DNA of 64,000 bases from Candidatus Pelagibacterales bacterium (GTDB lineage: Bacteria; Pseudomonadota; Alphaproteobacteria; Pelagibacterales; Pelagibacteraceae): positions 480,460 through 544,459 of the forward strand of contig OZ251737.1 in the NCBI GenBank assembly GCA_965244655.1, written 5' to 3'. The first letter of the stretch is position 1. Each line of letters begins with the position of its first letter. Under the pieces are notes generated by a model that was given only the letters and a program-made list of their open reading frames with translations, did no database searches and was not told the origin of the DNA. This document shows, in pieces, positions 1-10,361 of the stretch. Made by a program: the position numbers and the translations under genes.

Positions 1-1
1 T

Positions 2-229
2 TCAAATTCTTTTTTTAAAATAAATGGATCTTTGTTCTTGAATTAAATCTACTTTTGGTTCAGAATTTAACACTTGTGATTGCTTGTGATCATTCAGCAT
101 TTCTTTTGTATCAGGAACTATAGCAAATTCTTTTTTAAGAATTAAAATATTTTGATTTGCCTCTTTTGTTTTAACCTGTTCGTGTTCTGATACTACGGTT
201 GCTGTAACTGTAATTTTTTGCTTTTTCAT
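2..229 (-). CDS. hypothetical protein (N-terminal part, runs off window edge)
   Basis: ATG overlaps the lptC stop (ATGA-type coupling at 226-229); no recognisable motif in 75 aa. Confidence 0.55.
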   Translation of the reverse strand: MKKQKITVTATVVSEHEQVKTKEANQNILILKKEFAIVPDTKEMLNDHKQSQVLNSEPKVDLIQEQRSIYFKKRI

Positions 230-831
230 TTAAATTTTTTAGCCTTAACTTTATCATTAGTCGAGTTCATAAATGCAACTGCATCATTGGTTATGGTATT
301 GATTTCGACAGTATCAGCGTAAGCAATATGAGATAATCCCATTGTTAAATCTTTCATAACTACATTGCCATTTATCACAATTAAATTTTTCTCTCCAAAA
401 TGCTTGGCAGAATTTGCAGTGACAATATAATTTTTATTTTTAATACTTACATCGTCATTATAAGAAGTTATTTTATTAGCCTTATCAAAAAGTCCAGTTT
501 TAGATCTAATCTCTATTAAAGACTGATCTTTTTCTAATTTTGTAAATGAGTATGGACTGATCAAATAAATTAGATCTGGCTTATTTTGATAAATGTATGA
601 CTCTGCTGCCCTTGTGGTGAAAATTTGGCCTTTGCTATCTTGGTTTTTATATTCAGTGTTTGTAAAAGTATTTTTTGCGTCTTCTGGTATGACAGTAGTT
701 GTTGGACTTGATGTTTGATCCACTTTTATAGAGCCTTTATTTTGTGATGGTAAATAATAGTAGCTATAAAATAATATCAATCCACTTAGCGTAAGGAGTG
801 CTATTTGAATTTTTTTACTACGCGACATCAA
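226..831 (-). CDS. lptC: LPS export periplasmic protein, LptC-like
   Basis: single N-terminal TM helix followed by beta-jellyroll-like repeats; directly downstream of kdsD as in the conserved kdsD-lptC cluster. Confidence 0.7.
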   Translation of the reverse strand: MMSRSKKIQIALLTLSGLILFYSYYYLPSQNKGSIKVDQTSSPTTTVIPEDAKNTFTNTEYKNQDSKGQIFTTRAAESYIYQNKPDLIYLISPYSFTKLEKDQSLIEIRSKTGLFDKANKITSYNDDVSIKNKNYIVTANSAKHFGEKNLIVINGNVVMKDLTMGLSHIAYADTVEINTITNDAVAFMNSTNDKVKAKKFK

Positions 832-832
832 T

Positions 833-1804
833 TTACGAGTTTAGAAAAGATAAAATACTATGCATATGCACTAGTCCTTGTAACTTATTGTTTTTTGTTA
901 CCAAAAGTGCAGTTATTTTTTCTTTATTCATTAACTTCAGGGCATCCACAATTAAATAGTCGCTAGGAATAGATTTTGGCTTTCTAGACATTATATCTTT
1001 GGCTTTTTTGCTAAATATATTTTTATATTTATTGATTGCTCTATTCATGTCTCCATCAGATATAAATCCACATATTTTCTTTGCTTTATCCTCAACTACT
1101 ACACAACCAAGTCTGCCAGATGAAATCTTAATAACAATAGTTTGAACAGATGATTGATCCTTTACAACTGGAATTTTTTTTCCAGTAATCATAACTTCTG
1201 ATATTTCTGATAAATTCTTCCCTAGAGAACCACTTGGATGAAGTGCACCAAATTTCTTTTTATTAAAGTTATTTTTAGTTGCCAAACTTATTGCTAGACA
1301 ATCACCTAGTGCTAGCAGGTTAGTAGAACTGCTAGTTGGGATTATATCTAAATTTTTATTTCCAGCCTCGGCAACTTTTGGCATTATAATTTTGACATTA
1401 GATGACTTGATTAAATGAGATTGTGCGTTTGAGCTTATACCAATAATTTTAATGGATAGTTTTTTAGCATATTTTAAGATGTTATTCAGCTCAGTGCTGT
1501 TACCGCTAAATGATGCAATTACAAGTATGTCATTTTTTTGTATTGCCCCTAACGAACCATGACCAGCATCAGTTGGGTCTAGAGTAAAACTAGATACACC
1601 TATAGACGATAGTGTGCTTGAAATTTTTTCTAAAATTTTTGCTGATTTTCCTACCCCACAACAAATAACTCTACCTTTAATTTTAGATAGTAATTGTATT
1701 GCCTGACAAAAGGATGCATCAAGAGAACCTGATAATTTTTTTAATGCTGTGATTTCAGAGTTGATTACTTGTTTTGCTGTATAAATTATTTTTTTATTAT
1801 TCAT
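833..1804 (-). CDS. kdsD: arabinose-5-phosphate isomerase (KpsF/GutQ family, SIS + 2 CBS domains)
   Basis: CGVGKS, DAGHGSLG, SFSGNSTE, PTSSST, LHPSGSLG motifs; C-terminal CBS pair. Confidence 0.92.
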   Translation of the reverse strand: MNNKKIIYTAKQVINSEITALKKLSGSLDASFCQAIQLLSKIKGRVICCGVGKSAKILEKISSTLSSIGVSSFTLDPTDAGHGSLGAIQKNDILVIASFSGNSTELNNILKYAKKLSIKIIGISSNAQSHLIKSSNVKIIMPKVAEAGNKNLDIIPTSSSTNLLALGDCLAISLATKNNFNKKKFGALHPSGSLGKNLSEISEVMITGKKIPVVKDQSSVQTIVIKISSGRLGCVVVEDKAKKICGFISDGDMNRAINKYKNIFSKKAKDIMSRKPKSIPSDYLIVDALKLMNKEKITALLVTKNNKLQGLVHMHSILSFLNS

Positions 1805-1806
1805 AA

Positions 1807-2425
1807 TTAATGACTAAATATATCCTCTTCCCAACCATTAAGATCAAGGTCAACTCTAGTGCTTAGAAAATCAAAACATTTTTTTGCAAGTTCAGTTCTA
1901 TTTTCTCTTTTTAGCATTAAATCCAATTTTTCCTTAAGTTTATGAAGATAAAAAACATCCATCGCTGCATATTGTTTTTGTTCTTCACTCAATTCTTTTA
2001 ATCCCCAGTCTGATGATTGTTGAACCTTATTAAGAGTAATATTTAGAAGTTCTTTTGTTATATCGTAAAGACCATGTTTATCTGTGTAGGTTCGGCACAA
2101 TTTTGATGCTATTTTTGTGCAGTAAATATTTTTTAACTCAAGATTTAAATAGTGTTTAAGAATTCCCACTTCAAATCTTGCGTAGTGTGCAATTTTTAAA
2201 ACATTCTTATTTTCAAGTAAGCTTACAAAGATTGGGGCTTTGGTAATTGCTTCTATCAAACTGAATAATCGACACCTCATCGTCTCCTCCGCACAGTTGT
2301 AATAAACACAATTTATCTCTACCTTTGTAATTTAAACCCAATGACTCAGCGTCAATCGCTACACTTTGTGCTTTGGTTAGTTTGTGATTTTCAGGTAAAT
2401 CGTTTTGATATAGTGTAATTTTCAT
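1807..2425 (-). CDS. nrnC: stand-alone RNase D-family 3'-5' exonuclease (NanoRNase C type), split by one apparent +1 base near 2218-2224
   Basis: ORF 2213-2425 gives AIDAESLGL..RDKLCLLQL; ORF 1807-2280 gives HYARF, CTKIASKLCRTYTDKHGL, QQSSDW, YAAMDV, GWEEDIFSH; removing one base joins the two frames. Confidence 0.82.
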
Positions 2426-2470
2426 TATTCTTTATGAAATTTAAATGTTCAATTGCAGATTGTATATAGC

Positions 2471-3421
2471 ATGAATGAAAAAAATTATAGTAGAACTGTG
2501 GGCATATTTGGCGGATCAGGTTTTGTTGGAGAAGCTATTATTGAAAGATTGGCAAAAACTAACCTTAAGTTAAAAATTGCAACTAGAAAGCCTTATCTCT
2601 CACAGCATCTTAAGGTGTATGGAGATATTGGACAGATAGAGCTTGTAAAGATTGATATTGCATCAACTCTTTCTATTGAATCTTTTATACAAGACTGTGA
2701 CATTTGCATTAATTTAATCGGAATTCTTTTTGAAAAGAGAACGCAAAAATTTAAAGCTTTGCATACAGATTTTCCTAAGCAATTAGCAACTGCATTTTCT
2801 AAAATATCAAAAGACGGAATGTTAATTCATTTTTCAGCTCTTGGAGTTAAAGAGCATTCCCAATCCCAATACATAGTGAGCAAATATTTAGGAGAGCAAG
2901 AAGTGAAAACTAAATTTGTTAATAGTGTCATTATGAAGCCAAGCATCATTGTTGGGCCTAAAGATAATTTTTTTAATATGTTTGCTAAGTTAATCAATTT
3001 ACTTCCGGTAATTCCCTTAGTTGGCGCTGAAACAAAATTTCAACCGGTATATGTTGGGGATGTTGCCGAAGCGGTTCATTATATTATTCAAAATAATATT
3101 AAAAACGAAACTTTTGAAATCGCAGGAAATAAAATATTTACATTTAAAGAATTGATAGAATTACTTCTGAAGGAAATAAGAAAGAAAAGACTAATTATTC
3201 CCATTCCGTTTTCTGTCGGGAAAATACAAGCATTTATATTGCAATTAATGCCAAAACCTATTCTTACTGTTGATCAAGTAACCATTTTAGAAGAGGGAAA
3301 TAATATTGTTTCTGGGAATTTTAAAACTTTGAAAGATTTAAATATACTTCCGCAAAGTATAGAAAGTGTAATTTCATCCTATCTAAAAATTTATAGACCT
3401 AAAGGTCAATTTAGCGAGTAG
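2471..3421 (+). CDS. complex I NDUFA9-family NAD(P)-binding SDR protein
   Basis: IFGGSGFVG, INLIGILFE, PSIIVG, FQPVYVGDVA motifs; ATG at 2471 preferred over TTG 2453. Confidence 0.88.
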   Translation: MNEKNYSRTVGIFGGSGFVGEAIIERLAKTNLKLKIATRKPYLSQHLKVYGDIGQIELVKIDIASTLSIESFIQDCDICINLIGILFEKRTQKFKALHTDFPKQLATAFSKISKDGMLIHFSALGVKEHSQSQYIVSKYLGEQEVKTKFVNSVIMKPSIIVGPKDNFFNMFAKLINLLPVIPLVGAETKFQPVYVGDVAEAVHYIIQNNIKNETFEIAGNKIFTFKELIELLLKEIRKKRLIIPIPFSVGKIQAFILQLMPKPILTVDQVTILEEGNNIVSGNFKTLKDLNILPQSIESVISSYLKIYRPKGQFSE

Positions 3422-4190
3422 TATAATAAAAAGTTAGCAAACCTAAGCCCATAATAATCCTAAAAACTACAAACACATTAAGACTAAAGTTTTTTAGAAA
3501 AATTAAAAAATACTTGATAGTCAGCAAAGAAAATACAAAACTAAAAATAAATGCTAAAAGCAAAAGAGTATTAAATTCGGTTTCATCAAGTTTGTATATT
3601 TTATAAGCACTTAAAATAAATGCAGCAGACAACGTTGGTATAGAAAGTAAAAAAGAAAATCTTGCAGCATCAACTCTGTTAAATTTTAAAAATCTTGCCC
3701 CAGTTAAAGTAATCCCACTTCGAGAAGTTCCAGGTATCAATGCCAATACTTGATACAATCCTATAATAAAAGAATCTTTGTTAGAAATGGAATGATTAAA
3801 TTTTTTATCTTCATTATTTCTGTCGCTAAAAAACAATAAAATTCCAAAAAAAATAGTTGAGTAACCTATGACGACTATATTCATTAATTGATCTATAATT
3901 CCATAGTATTGTAAAAATCCTCCAACAATTACCACAGGTATAGTTGCAATAATTAAGTTAAGAAGTAGCTTGGGGTTTTTCCAAAGGCTAATTAAATCTT
4001 TATAAAAAAATAAGACTACGGCAGCTAAACTTCCGCCATGCATAGTTACGTTAATTAAAAGATTGTTATTTTGTATTTCAAATATATTTTCAAATATAAC
4101 TAAAAGACCAGAGCTCGATACCGGAATAAATTCAGATATTCCTTGGACAATGGATAATAATAAAATTTTGATAAAATAAAGTTCGCTCAT
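3411..4190 (-). CDS. uppP: undecaprenyl-diphosphate phosphatase (BacA/UppP)
   Basis: QGISEFIPVSSSG, LIPGTSRSGIT, AARFSFLLSIP; multi-TM; ATG at 4190 preferred. Confidence 0.93.
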   Translation of the reverse strand: MSELYFIKILLLSIVQGISEFIPVSSSGLLVIFENIFEIQNNNLLINVTMHGGSLAAVVLFFYKDLISLWKNPKLLLNLIIATIPVVIVGGFLQYYGIIDQLMNIVVIGYSTIFFGILLFFSDRNNEDKKFNHSISNKDSFIIGLYQVLALIPGTSRSGITLTGARFLKFNRVDAARFSFLLSIPTLSAAFILSAYKIYKLDETEFNTLLLLAFIFSFVFSLLTIKYFLIFLKNFSLNVFVVFRIIMGLGLLTFYYTTR

Positions 4191-4407
4191 CAATTTATTC
4201 AAATTCTTTACAATGATATCTAGGCTATTTAAACATACTTAAAACTAGTAAATTTATGGGACTATTTAATGATAAAAATTTAAAAATATAAAAATATTCA
4301 CATAATATAGATAAAATAGGTAAGATCATGGTAACTAAAAAATCATTTTATTATTGATTTTTTTTAAAAAGTTGAAATAAAATTAGCAAAAATTAAAGCT
4401 TAAAAAT

Positions 4408-5850
4408 ATGACAGAGAAAATGCTAAAGTTTGTAGGTATTAAAAAACAAACTCCTGCGAAATTAGAATCTACAGAGAGAACATCAAATTTTCATGAAATT
4501 TATAAAGAGTTTATAGAAACCAAGGCTGCAGAACAAGCAAGCAGATGTTCACAATGTGGAACACCATTTTGTCAGGTTCATTGTCCACTGCATAATAATA
4601 TTCCTGACTGGCTCAAATTAACAGCTGAGGGGAGATTGGAAGAAGCATATAAATTATCGTCTGCTACTAATTCCATGCCAGAAGTATGCGGATCTATTTG
4701 TCCGCAAGATCGTTTGTGCGAAGGCAATTGTGTTATTGAACAATCTGGACACGGAACAGTAACTATTGGTGCTATAGAAAAATATATTACCAACACCGCT
4801 TGGGAAAATGGATGGGTAGAAACTATAAAGCCAACAAAAGAATTAAAGGAGACCATAGGAATTATAGGAGCTGGACCTGCAGGTTTAGCTGCTGCTGAAC
4901 AATTGAGACAAAAGGGTTATCAAATCACTATTTATGATCGCTATGATCGAGCAGGTGGATTGCTAATTTATGGAATCCCTAATTTTAAATTAGAAAAATC
5001 TTCAGTTCAAAGAAGAACAAAACTTTATCAAGATAGCGGAATTACGTTTGTTCAAAATTTTGAAGTAGGAAAAGACTCGACATTAGAAGAGTTAAAAGAA
5101 AAGCATGATGCAGTTTTGATTGCAACTGGTGTTTATAAGTCCAGAGAAATAGATGTGCCAGGAAAAGAATTAAAGAATATTTTTCCAGCAATGAAATTTT
5201 TAACAGCATCTAATAAAAAAGGTCTTGGAGATGCAGTGCCAGAATTTGATAATGGAACATTAAATGCCGAAGGAAAAAATGTTGTTGTGATTGGAGGAGG
5301 GGATACCGCAATGGATTGTGTAAGGACTGCAATTAGACAAAAGGCTAAATCAGTATCATGCTTGTATAGAAGAGATAAAAAAAATATGCCAGGTTCTGCA
5401 AGAGAAGTTCAAAATGCAGAGGAAGAAGGAGTTAAGTTTATTTGGCTATCAAGTCCAAAAGAATTTAAAGGAAGTCAAAAAGTTGAAAAAGTTATTTATG
5501 ACAAAATAAGATTAGGTGAACCAGATTCTTCTGGACGTCAATCTCCTAAGATTATTGAGGGAGCCCATGAAGAATTGGATGCGGATCTAGTAATTAAAGC
5601 TCTTGGTTTTGATCCAGAAGAAATACCAACTTTATTTTCTGAACCTAAATTGGAAGTTTCTAAGTGGGGAACTATTAAAACAGATTTGAAAACTATGAGA
5701 ACAAATATTAGGGGTGTATTTGCAGCTGGAGATATAGTTCGCGGAGCTTCCCTTGTTGTGTGGGCGATTCGAGATGGACGAGATGCTGCGCAGCAAATTG
5801 ACAAATATCTAAAAATTAAAAAAGAGCAATCTGTAATAAGAGCTGCATAA
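4408..5850 (+). CDS. gltD: glutamate synthase small (beta) subunit
   Basis: RCSQCGTPFCQVHCP, ICPQDRLCEGNC Fe-S motifs, GAGPAG, IGGGDTAMDC. Confidence 0.96.
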   Translation: MTEKMLKFVGIKKQTPAKLESTERTSNFHEIYKEFIETKAAEQASRCSQCGTPFCQVHCPLHNNIPDWLKLTAEGRLEEAYKLSSATNSMPEVCGSICPQDRLCEGNCVIEQSGHGTVTIGAIEKYITNTAWENGWVETIKPTKELKETIGIIGAGPAGLAAAEQLRQKGYQITIYDRYDRAGGLLIYGIPNFKLEKSSVQRRTKLYQDSGITFVQNFEVGKDSTLEELKEKHDAVLIATGVYKSREIDVPGKELKNIFPAMKFLTASNKKGLGDAVPEFDNGTLNAEGKNVVVIGGGDTAMDCVRTAIRQKAKSVSCLYRRDKKNMPGSAREVQNAEEEGVKFIWLSSPKEFKGSQKVEKVIYDKIRLGEPDSSGRQSPKIIEGAHEELDADLVIKALGFDPEEIPTLFSEPKLEVSKWGTIKTDLKTMRTNIRGVFAAGDIVRGASLVVWAIRDGRDAAQQIDKYLKIKKEQSVIRAA

Positions 5851-8800
5851 TGAAAGATTTGTACTTACAAAATTTAAAACTGCTTAATAAAAATCATGTG
5901 AATACTAAGGAGCATGATGCTTGCGGAGTTGGATTCGTGGCTTCAATGAATGGAAAACCGAGAAGAGAAGTAGTTATTAATGGAATTAATGCATTAAAGG
6001 CGGTTTGGCATAGAGGCGCGGTAGATGCTGATGGAAAAACAGGCGATGGTGCAGGAATTCATTTTGAATTTAGCCAAAATTTTTTTGAGGATGTAATTAA
6101 TTCAACAGGTCATACTTTAAAACAAAATCAAAAACTTTGCGTAGGTATGATTTTTTTACCAAGAAACAATTTTAACGAACAAGAGCGTTGTCGAACTCTT
6201 ATTGAACAAGAACTTTTAAAAAATGATTTTTATATATTTGGATGGAGACAAGTTCCAGTAAATCCAAAAGTTTTAGGGCAGAAAGCAAACGATACAAGAC
6301 CTGAAATTGAGCAATTGTTATTTACAACAAATAAAAACTTAGAAGATGAAGACCTTGAAAGATTATTATTTGCTGTAAGAAAAAAAATAGAAAAGAGAGC
6401 TACCGAAGAACAATTAAGAGAATTTTATATTTGTTCATTAAGTTCTAAAACTATCATTTACAAAGGTATGTTTTTAGCTCAGAACTTAAGTGACTTTTAC
6501 CCAGATTTTGCTGACGAAAGATTTATTTCTCGTTTTGCAATATTCCATCAAAGATTTTCAACAAATACTTTTCCTTCTTGGGAGCTCGCTCAGCCTTTTA
6601 GAATCATAGCTCACAACGGAGAGATTAATACGCTTAAAGGAAATGTAAATTGGATGAAAACACATGAAGCTGGGATGGAAAGTAATCTAATAGAAAATAT
6701 TGAAGATTTAAAACCTATTATAAAATCAGGAAATTCAGACACAGCTTCACTGGATGCAGTATTTGAATTGTTAGTTAGAACGGGAAGATCGTTACCAGTA
6801 GCTAAAATGATGTTGATACCTGAAGCTTGGTCCAAAAAAAGCAAGATTATCCCAAAAGCTCACAGAGAAATGTATAATTATTTAAATTCATTAATAGAAC
6901 CATGGGACGGACCAGCAGCAATTGCAGCTTGCGACGGAAAATGGGTCATTGCTGCATCCGATAGAAATGGTCTAAGACCATTGCGATTTACTATCACGAA
7001 AGACAAATTATTTTTTGCAGGATCTGAAACAGGAATGATCCCAGTTTCAGAAGATAATATTTTATTTAAAGGAAGAGTAGGACCCGGACAGATGATTTCT
7101 TTGGATTTGGATAAAGGAAAATATTATAATGACAGCAAAACCAAAGATTACCTATCATCTAATCTAGTCTATAAAAAATTTGCATCGAACCACATTGAAC
7201 TAAGTCGAACCTTAAATGCAGTTAAAGAAAAAAATAAATTTGAGGGAGTGGAGCTTAGACAAAGACAGTTTATGGCTGGTTATACAATCGAGGATATGGA
7301 AAGCATACTCCACCCGATGATTGAAGATCAAAAAGAAGCAGTTGGGTCTATGGGAGATGACACTCCTATCGCCGTTTTATCCAGTAAATTTAGGCCTCTT
7401 TCCAACTTTTTTAGACAAAATTTTAGTCAAGTCACCAATCCTCCTATCGATTCTTTAAGAGAGAATAGAGTAATGTCACTTAATACAAGATTTGGAAATT
7501 TAGAGAATATTTTAGATGATAGACTTACGGAGCAAAAGAGCTACGTTTTAGATAGCCCAGTTTTATCTAACACTCAATTCAAAAAGTTATTTGAAATATT
7601 TGGAGATGAATCAGTTCAAAAAATAGACTGTACGTTTGAAAAAGATAATAAAGAATTAAATCTTAAATCAGAGATTGAAAGAATTAGAAAAGAATCTGAG
7701 TTTTATATTCGATCAGGAAAAAAACACCTAATTATAACTGATGAAAATATTTCTAAAGATAGAATAAGTATTCCAATTATTCTTGCAGTTGGAGCAATTC
7801 AATCCCATTTGGTCAAAAAAGGTTTGAGAAAATTTACCTCTTTAAATGTAAGATCCTCAGAATGTTTAGATACACATTATTATGCAGTTTTAATAGGAGC
7901 GGGCGCTACTACAGTTAATGCATATTTAGCCATTGATTCAATTTATCAAAGATTTGAAAAAAAATTATTTGGCAAATTTTCCTTTGATGAGTGTGTGCAC
8001 CGTTACATTAAAGCAGTTAATGACGGTCTTTTAAAAATTATGTCTAAGATGGGAATATCAGTCATAAGTTCTTATCGAGGGGGTTTAAATTTTCAATCGC
8101 TAGGTCTTAGCCGAGGATTAGTTGCTGATTACTTTCCTGGGTTAGAGTCTAAAATTTCTGGAATAGGACTTTCTGGAATTGAAGACATGATTAGAAAACA
8201 ACATGCCGCAACATATGAGGAAAATATTATCACTTTGCCCATTGGAGGAATTTATAAATATAGACATGGCGGGGAAACACACGCGTACCAAGCAAAAACA
8301 ATTCATCTTTTGCAGACAGCGGTTGGAAGTGACTCGTATGACATGTTTAAAAAATATTCAAAATTAATGAATGAAATGCCGCCAATTCATCTTAGGGATC
8401 TATTAGATTTTAGATTTAAAAATAAACCAATTCCACTAGATGAAGTTGAATCGGTTACTCATATTCGAAAAAGATTTGGATCAGGAAGTATGTCTTTAGG
8501 AGCGTTGTCAAAAGAAGCTCATGAAACCTTAGCAATCGCAATGAATAGAATTGGAGGAGCATCTTGTAGTGGCGAAGGTGGAGAAGATGAAAGCAGGTCT
8601 GTACCTAGAGAAAATGGTGACAATGCCAACTCTAGGGTTAAACAAATAGCTTCAGCAAGATTTGGAGTAACTGCTACTTACCTCAATAATTGTAATGAAA
8701 TAGAAATTAAGATGGCCCAAGGCGCAAAACCAGGAGAAGGCGGCCAATTACCTGGATTTAAAGTTACCAAAGAAATTGCTAGATTAAGACATTCAACACC

Positions 8801-10361
8801 AGGAGTTACATTGGTTTCTCCACCGCCTCATCATGATATTTACTCCATTGAGGATTTGGCTCAATTAATTTACGATTTGAAACAAATTAATCCGATAGCG
8901 AGAGTTGGGGTAAAGTTAGTTGCTTCGGGTGGAATAGGAACTATCGCTGCCGGAGTTGCAAAAGCAAAAGCTGATATTATTTTAATTTCAGGTCACAATG
9001 GGGGAACAGGAGCAACTCCTCAAACAAGTGTTAAGTATGTAGGTCTACCGTGGGAAATGGGTCTTACAGAAACTAATCAAATTCTAACGTTAAATAGCCT
9101 ACGTCACAAAGTTGTACTTAGAACTGACGGTGGAATCAAAACAGGAAGAGATGTTGTAATGGCAGCCATGATGGGAGCGGATGAATTTGGAATAGCAACA
9201 ACTAGTTTAGTTGCTATGGGATGTATTATGGTACGTCAATGTCACTCAGATACATGTCCAGTAGGAATTTGTACTCAAAATGAAGAGTTGAGAAAAAAAT
9301 TTACAGGAACACCAGAAAAAGTTGTTAACTTATTTACCTTTATAGCAGAAGAAGTAAGAGAAATTTTAGCAGAGCTCGGATTTAAAACTTTAAACGAAGT
9401 TATTGGAAGAACAGATTTGTTAAAACAAGTTTCAAGAGGAGCCGCAAACTTAGATGATTTAGATTTTAATCCATTATTAGTTCAGGCAGATCCTGGCGAT
9501 CATCCAAGATTTTGTAAAGATAAAATAAGAAATGAAGTTCCAGATACTTTGGATAAGCAAATACTGATTGATGCATTGCCCTTAATTGAGAGCGGTCAAA
9601 AAGTAGAATTAAGTTATACAATTAAAAATACGGACAGAACTGTCGGTTCAAGACTATCTTCTCGTCTTGTTACAAATTTTAAAAATAAAAGTTTTCCAGA
9701 AAATCATATTAAAATTAAATTGAGAGGATCTGCAGGACAATCACTGGGAGCATTTGGTGTTAAAGGTTTAAAATTTGAAGTCATAGGCGATTGTAATGAT
9801 TATGTAGGAAAGGGTCTTTCAGGAGCTACTATAAGTGTACGACCGCCGGTAGCTAGCGATCTAATGTCTAATGAGAATACTATCGTTGGTAATACGGTCT
9901 TATATGGAGCAACTTCAGGATATCTTTTTGCTGCAGGACAAGCTGGGGAAAGATTTTCAGTTCGAAATTCAGGAGCAACCGCAGTGGTAGAGGGTGCCGG
10001 AACCAATGCTTGCGAGTATATGACTGGTGGATGTTCGGTAATTCTTGGAGAAGTAGGAGATAACTTTGCAGCAGGTATGACCGGCGGAATGGCGTTTGTT
10101 TACGATCCCAAAGATAATTTAGAAAACGTAATAAATCCAAACTCTGTTATTTGGCAAAAAGTAGAAACTAAATATTGGCTGGATTTCCTTTATACAATTT
10201 TAGAAAAACACATTGAAGAGACAGCATCAGAATACGCTAAAAAGATATTAATTGATTGGGAGTTAAGTAAAAAAGATTTTTATCAAATTTGTCCAAAAGA
10301 AATGATAGGAAAATTGGATCACCCAATTTCTTTAAAGGAACCTGAAAAAAAAGCTGTCTAA
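5850..10361 (+). CDS. gltB: glutamate synthase large (alpha) subunit
   Basis: DACGVGF amidotransferase N-terminus, HQRFSTNT, KMAQGAKPGEGGQLPG, CIMVRQCHSDTCPVG, GXGXG C-terminal domain. Confidence 0.98.
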   Translation: MKDLYLQNLKLLNKNHVNTKEHDACGVGFVASMNGKPRREVVINGINALKAVWHRGAVDADGKTGDGAGIHFEFSQNFFEDVINSTGHTLKQNQKLCVGMIFLPRNNFNEQERCRTLIEQELLKNDFYIFGWRQVPVNPKVLGQKANDTRPEIEQLLFTTNKNLEDEDLERLLFAVRKKIEKRATEEQLREFYICSLSSKTIIYKGMFLAQNLSDFYPDFADERFISRFAIFHQRFSTNTFPSWELAQPFRIIAHNGEINTLKGNVNWMKTHEAGMESNLIENIEDLKPIIKSGNSDTASLDAVFELLVRTGRSLPVAKMMLIPEAWSKKSKIIPKAHREMYNYLNSLIEPWDGPAAIAACDGKWVIAASDRNGLRPLRFTITKDKLFFAGSETGMIPVSEDNILFKGRVGPGQMISLDLDKGKYYNDSKTKDYLSSNLVYKKFASNHIELSRTLNAVKEKNKFEGVELRQRQFMAGYTIEDMESILHPMIEDQKEAVGSMGDDTPIAVLSSKFRPLSNFFRQNFSQVTNPPIDSLRENRVMSLNTRFGNLENILDDRLTEQKSYVLDSPVLSNTQFKKLFEIFGDESVQKIDCTFEKDNKELNLKSEIERIRKESEFYIRSGKKHLIITDENISKDRISIPIILAVGAIQSHLVKKGLRKFTSLNVRSSECLDTHYYAVLIGAGATTVNAYLAIDSIYQRFEKKLFGKFSFDECVHRYIKAVNDGLLKIMSKMGISVISSYRGGLNFQSLGLSRGLVADYFPGLESKISGIGLSGIEDMIRKQHAATYEENIITLPIGGIYKYRHGGETHAYQAKTIHLLQTAVGSDSYDMFKKYSKLMNEMPPIHLRDLLDFRFKNKPIPLDEVESVTHIRKRFGSGSMSLGALSKEAHETLAIAMNRIGGASCSGEGGEDESRSVPRENGDNANSRVKQIASARFGVTATYLNNCNEIEIKMAQGAKPGEGGQLPGFKVTKEIARLRHSTPGVTLVSPPPHHDIYSIEDLAQLIYDLKQINPIARVGVKLVASGGIGTIAAGVAKAKADIILISGHNGGTGATPQTSVKYVGLPWEMGLTETNQILTLNSLRHKVVLRTDGGIKTGRDVVMAAMMGADEFGIATTSLVAMGCIMVRQCHSDTCPVGICTQNEELRKKFTGTPEKVVNLFTFIAEEVREILAELGFKTLNEVIGRTDLLKQVSRGAANLDDLDFNPLLVQADPGDHPRFCKDKIRNEVPDTLDKQILIDALPLIESGQKVELSYTIKNTDRTVGSRLSSRLVTNFKNKSFPENHIKIKLRGSAGQSLGAFGVKGLKFEVIGDCNDYVGKGLSGATISVRPPVASDLMSNENTIVGNTVLYGATSGYLFAAGQAGERFSVRNSGATAVVEGAGTNACEYMTGGCSVILGEVGDNFAAGMTGGMAFVYDPKDNLENVINPNSVIWQKVETKYWLDFLYTILEKHIEETASEYAKKILIDWELSKKDFYQICPKEMIGKLDHPISLKEPEKKAV

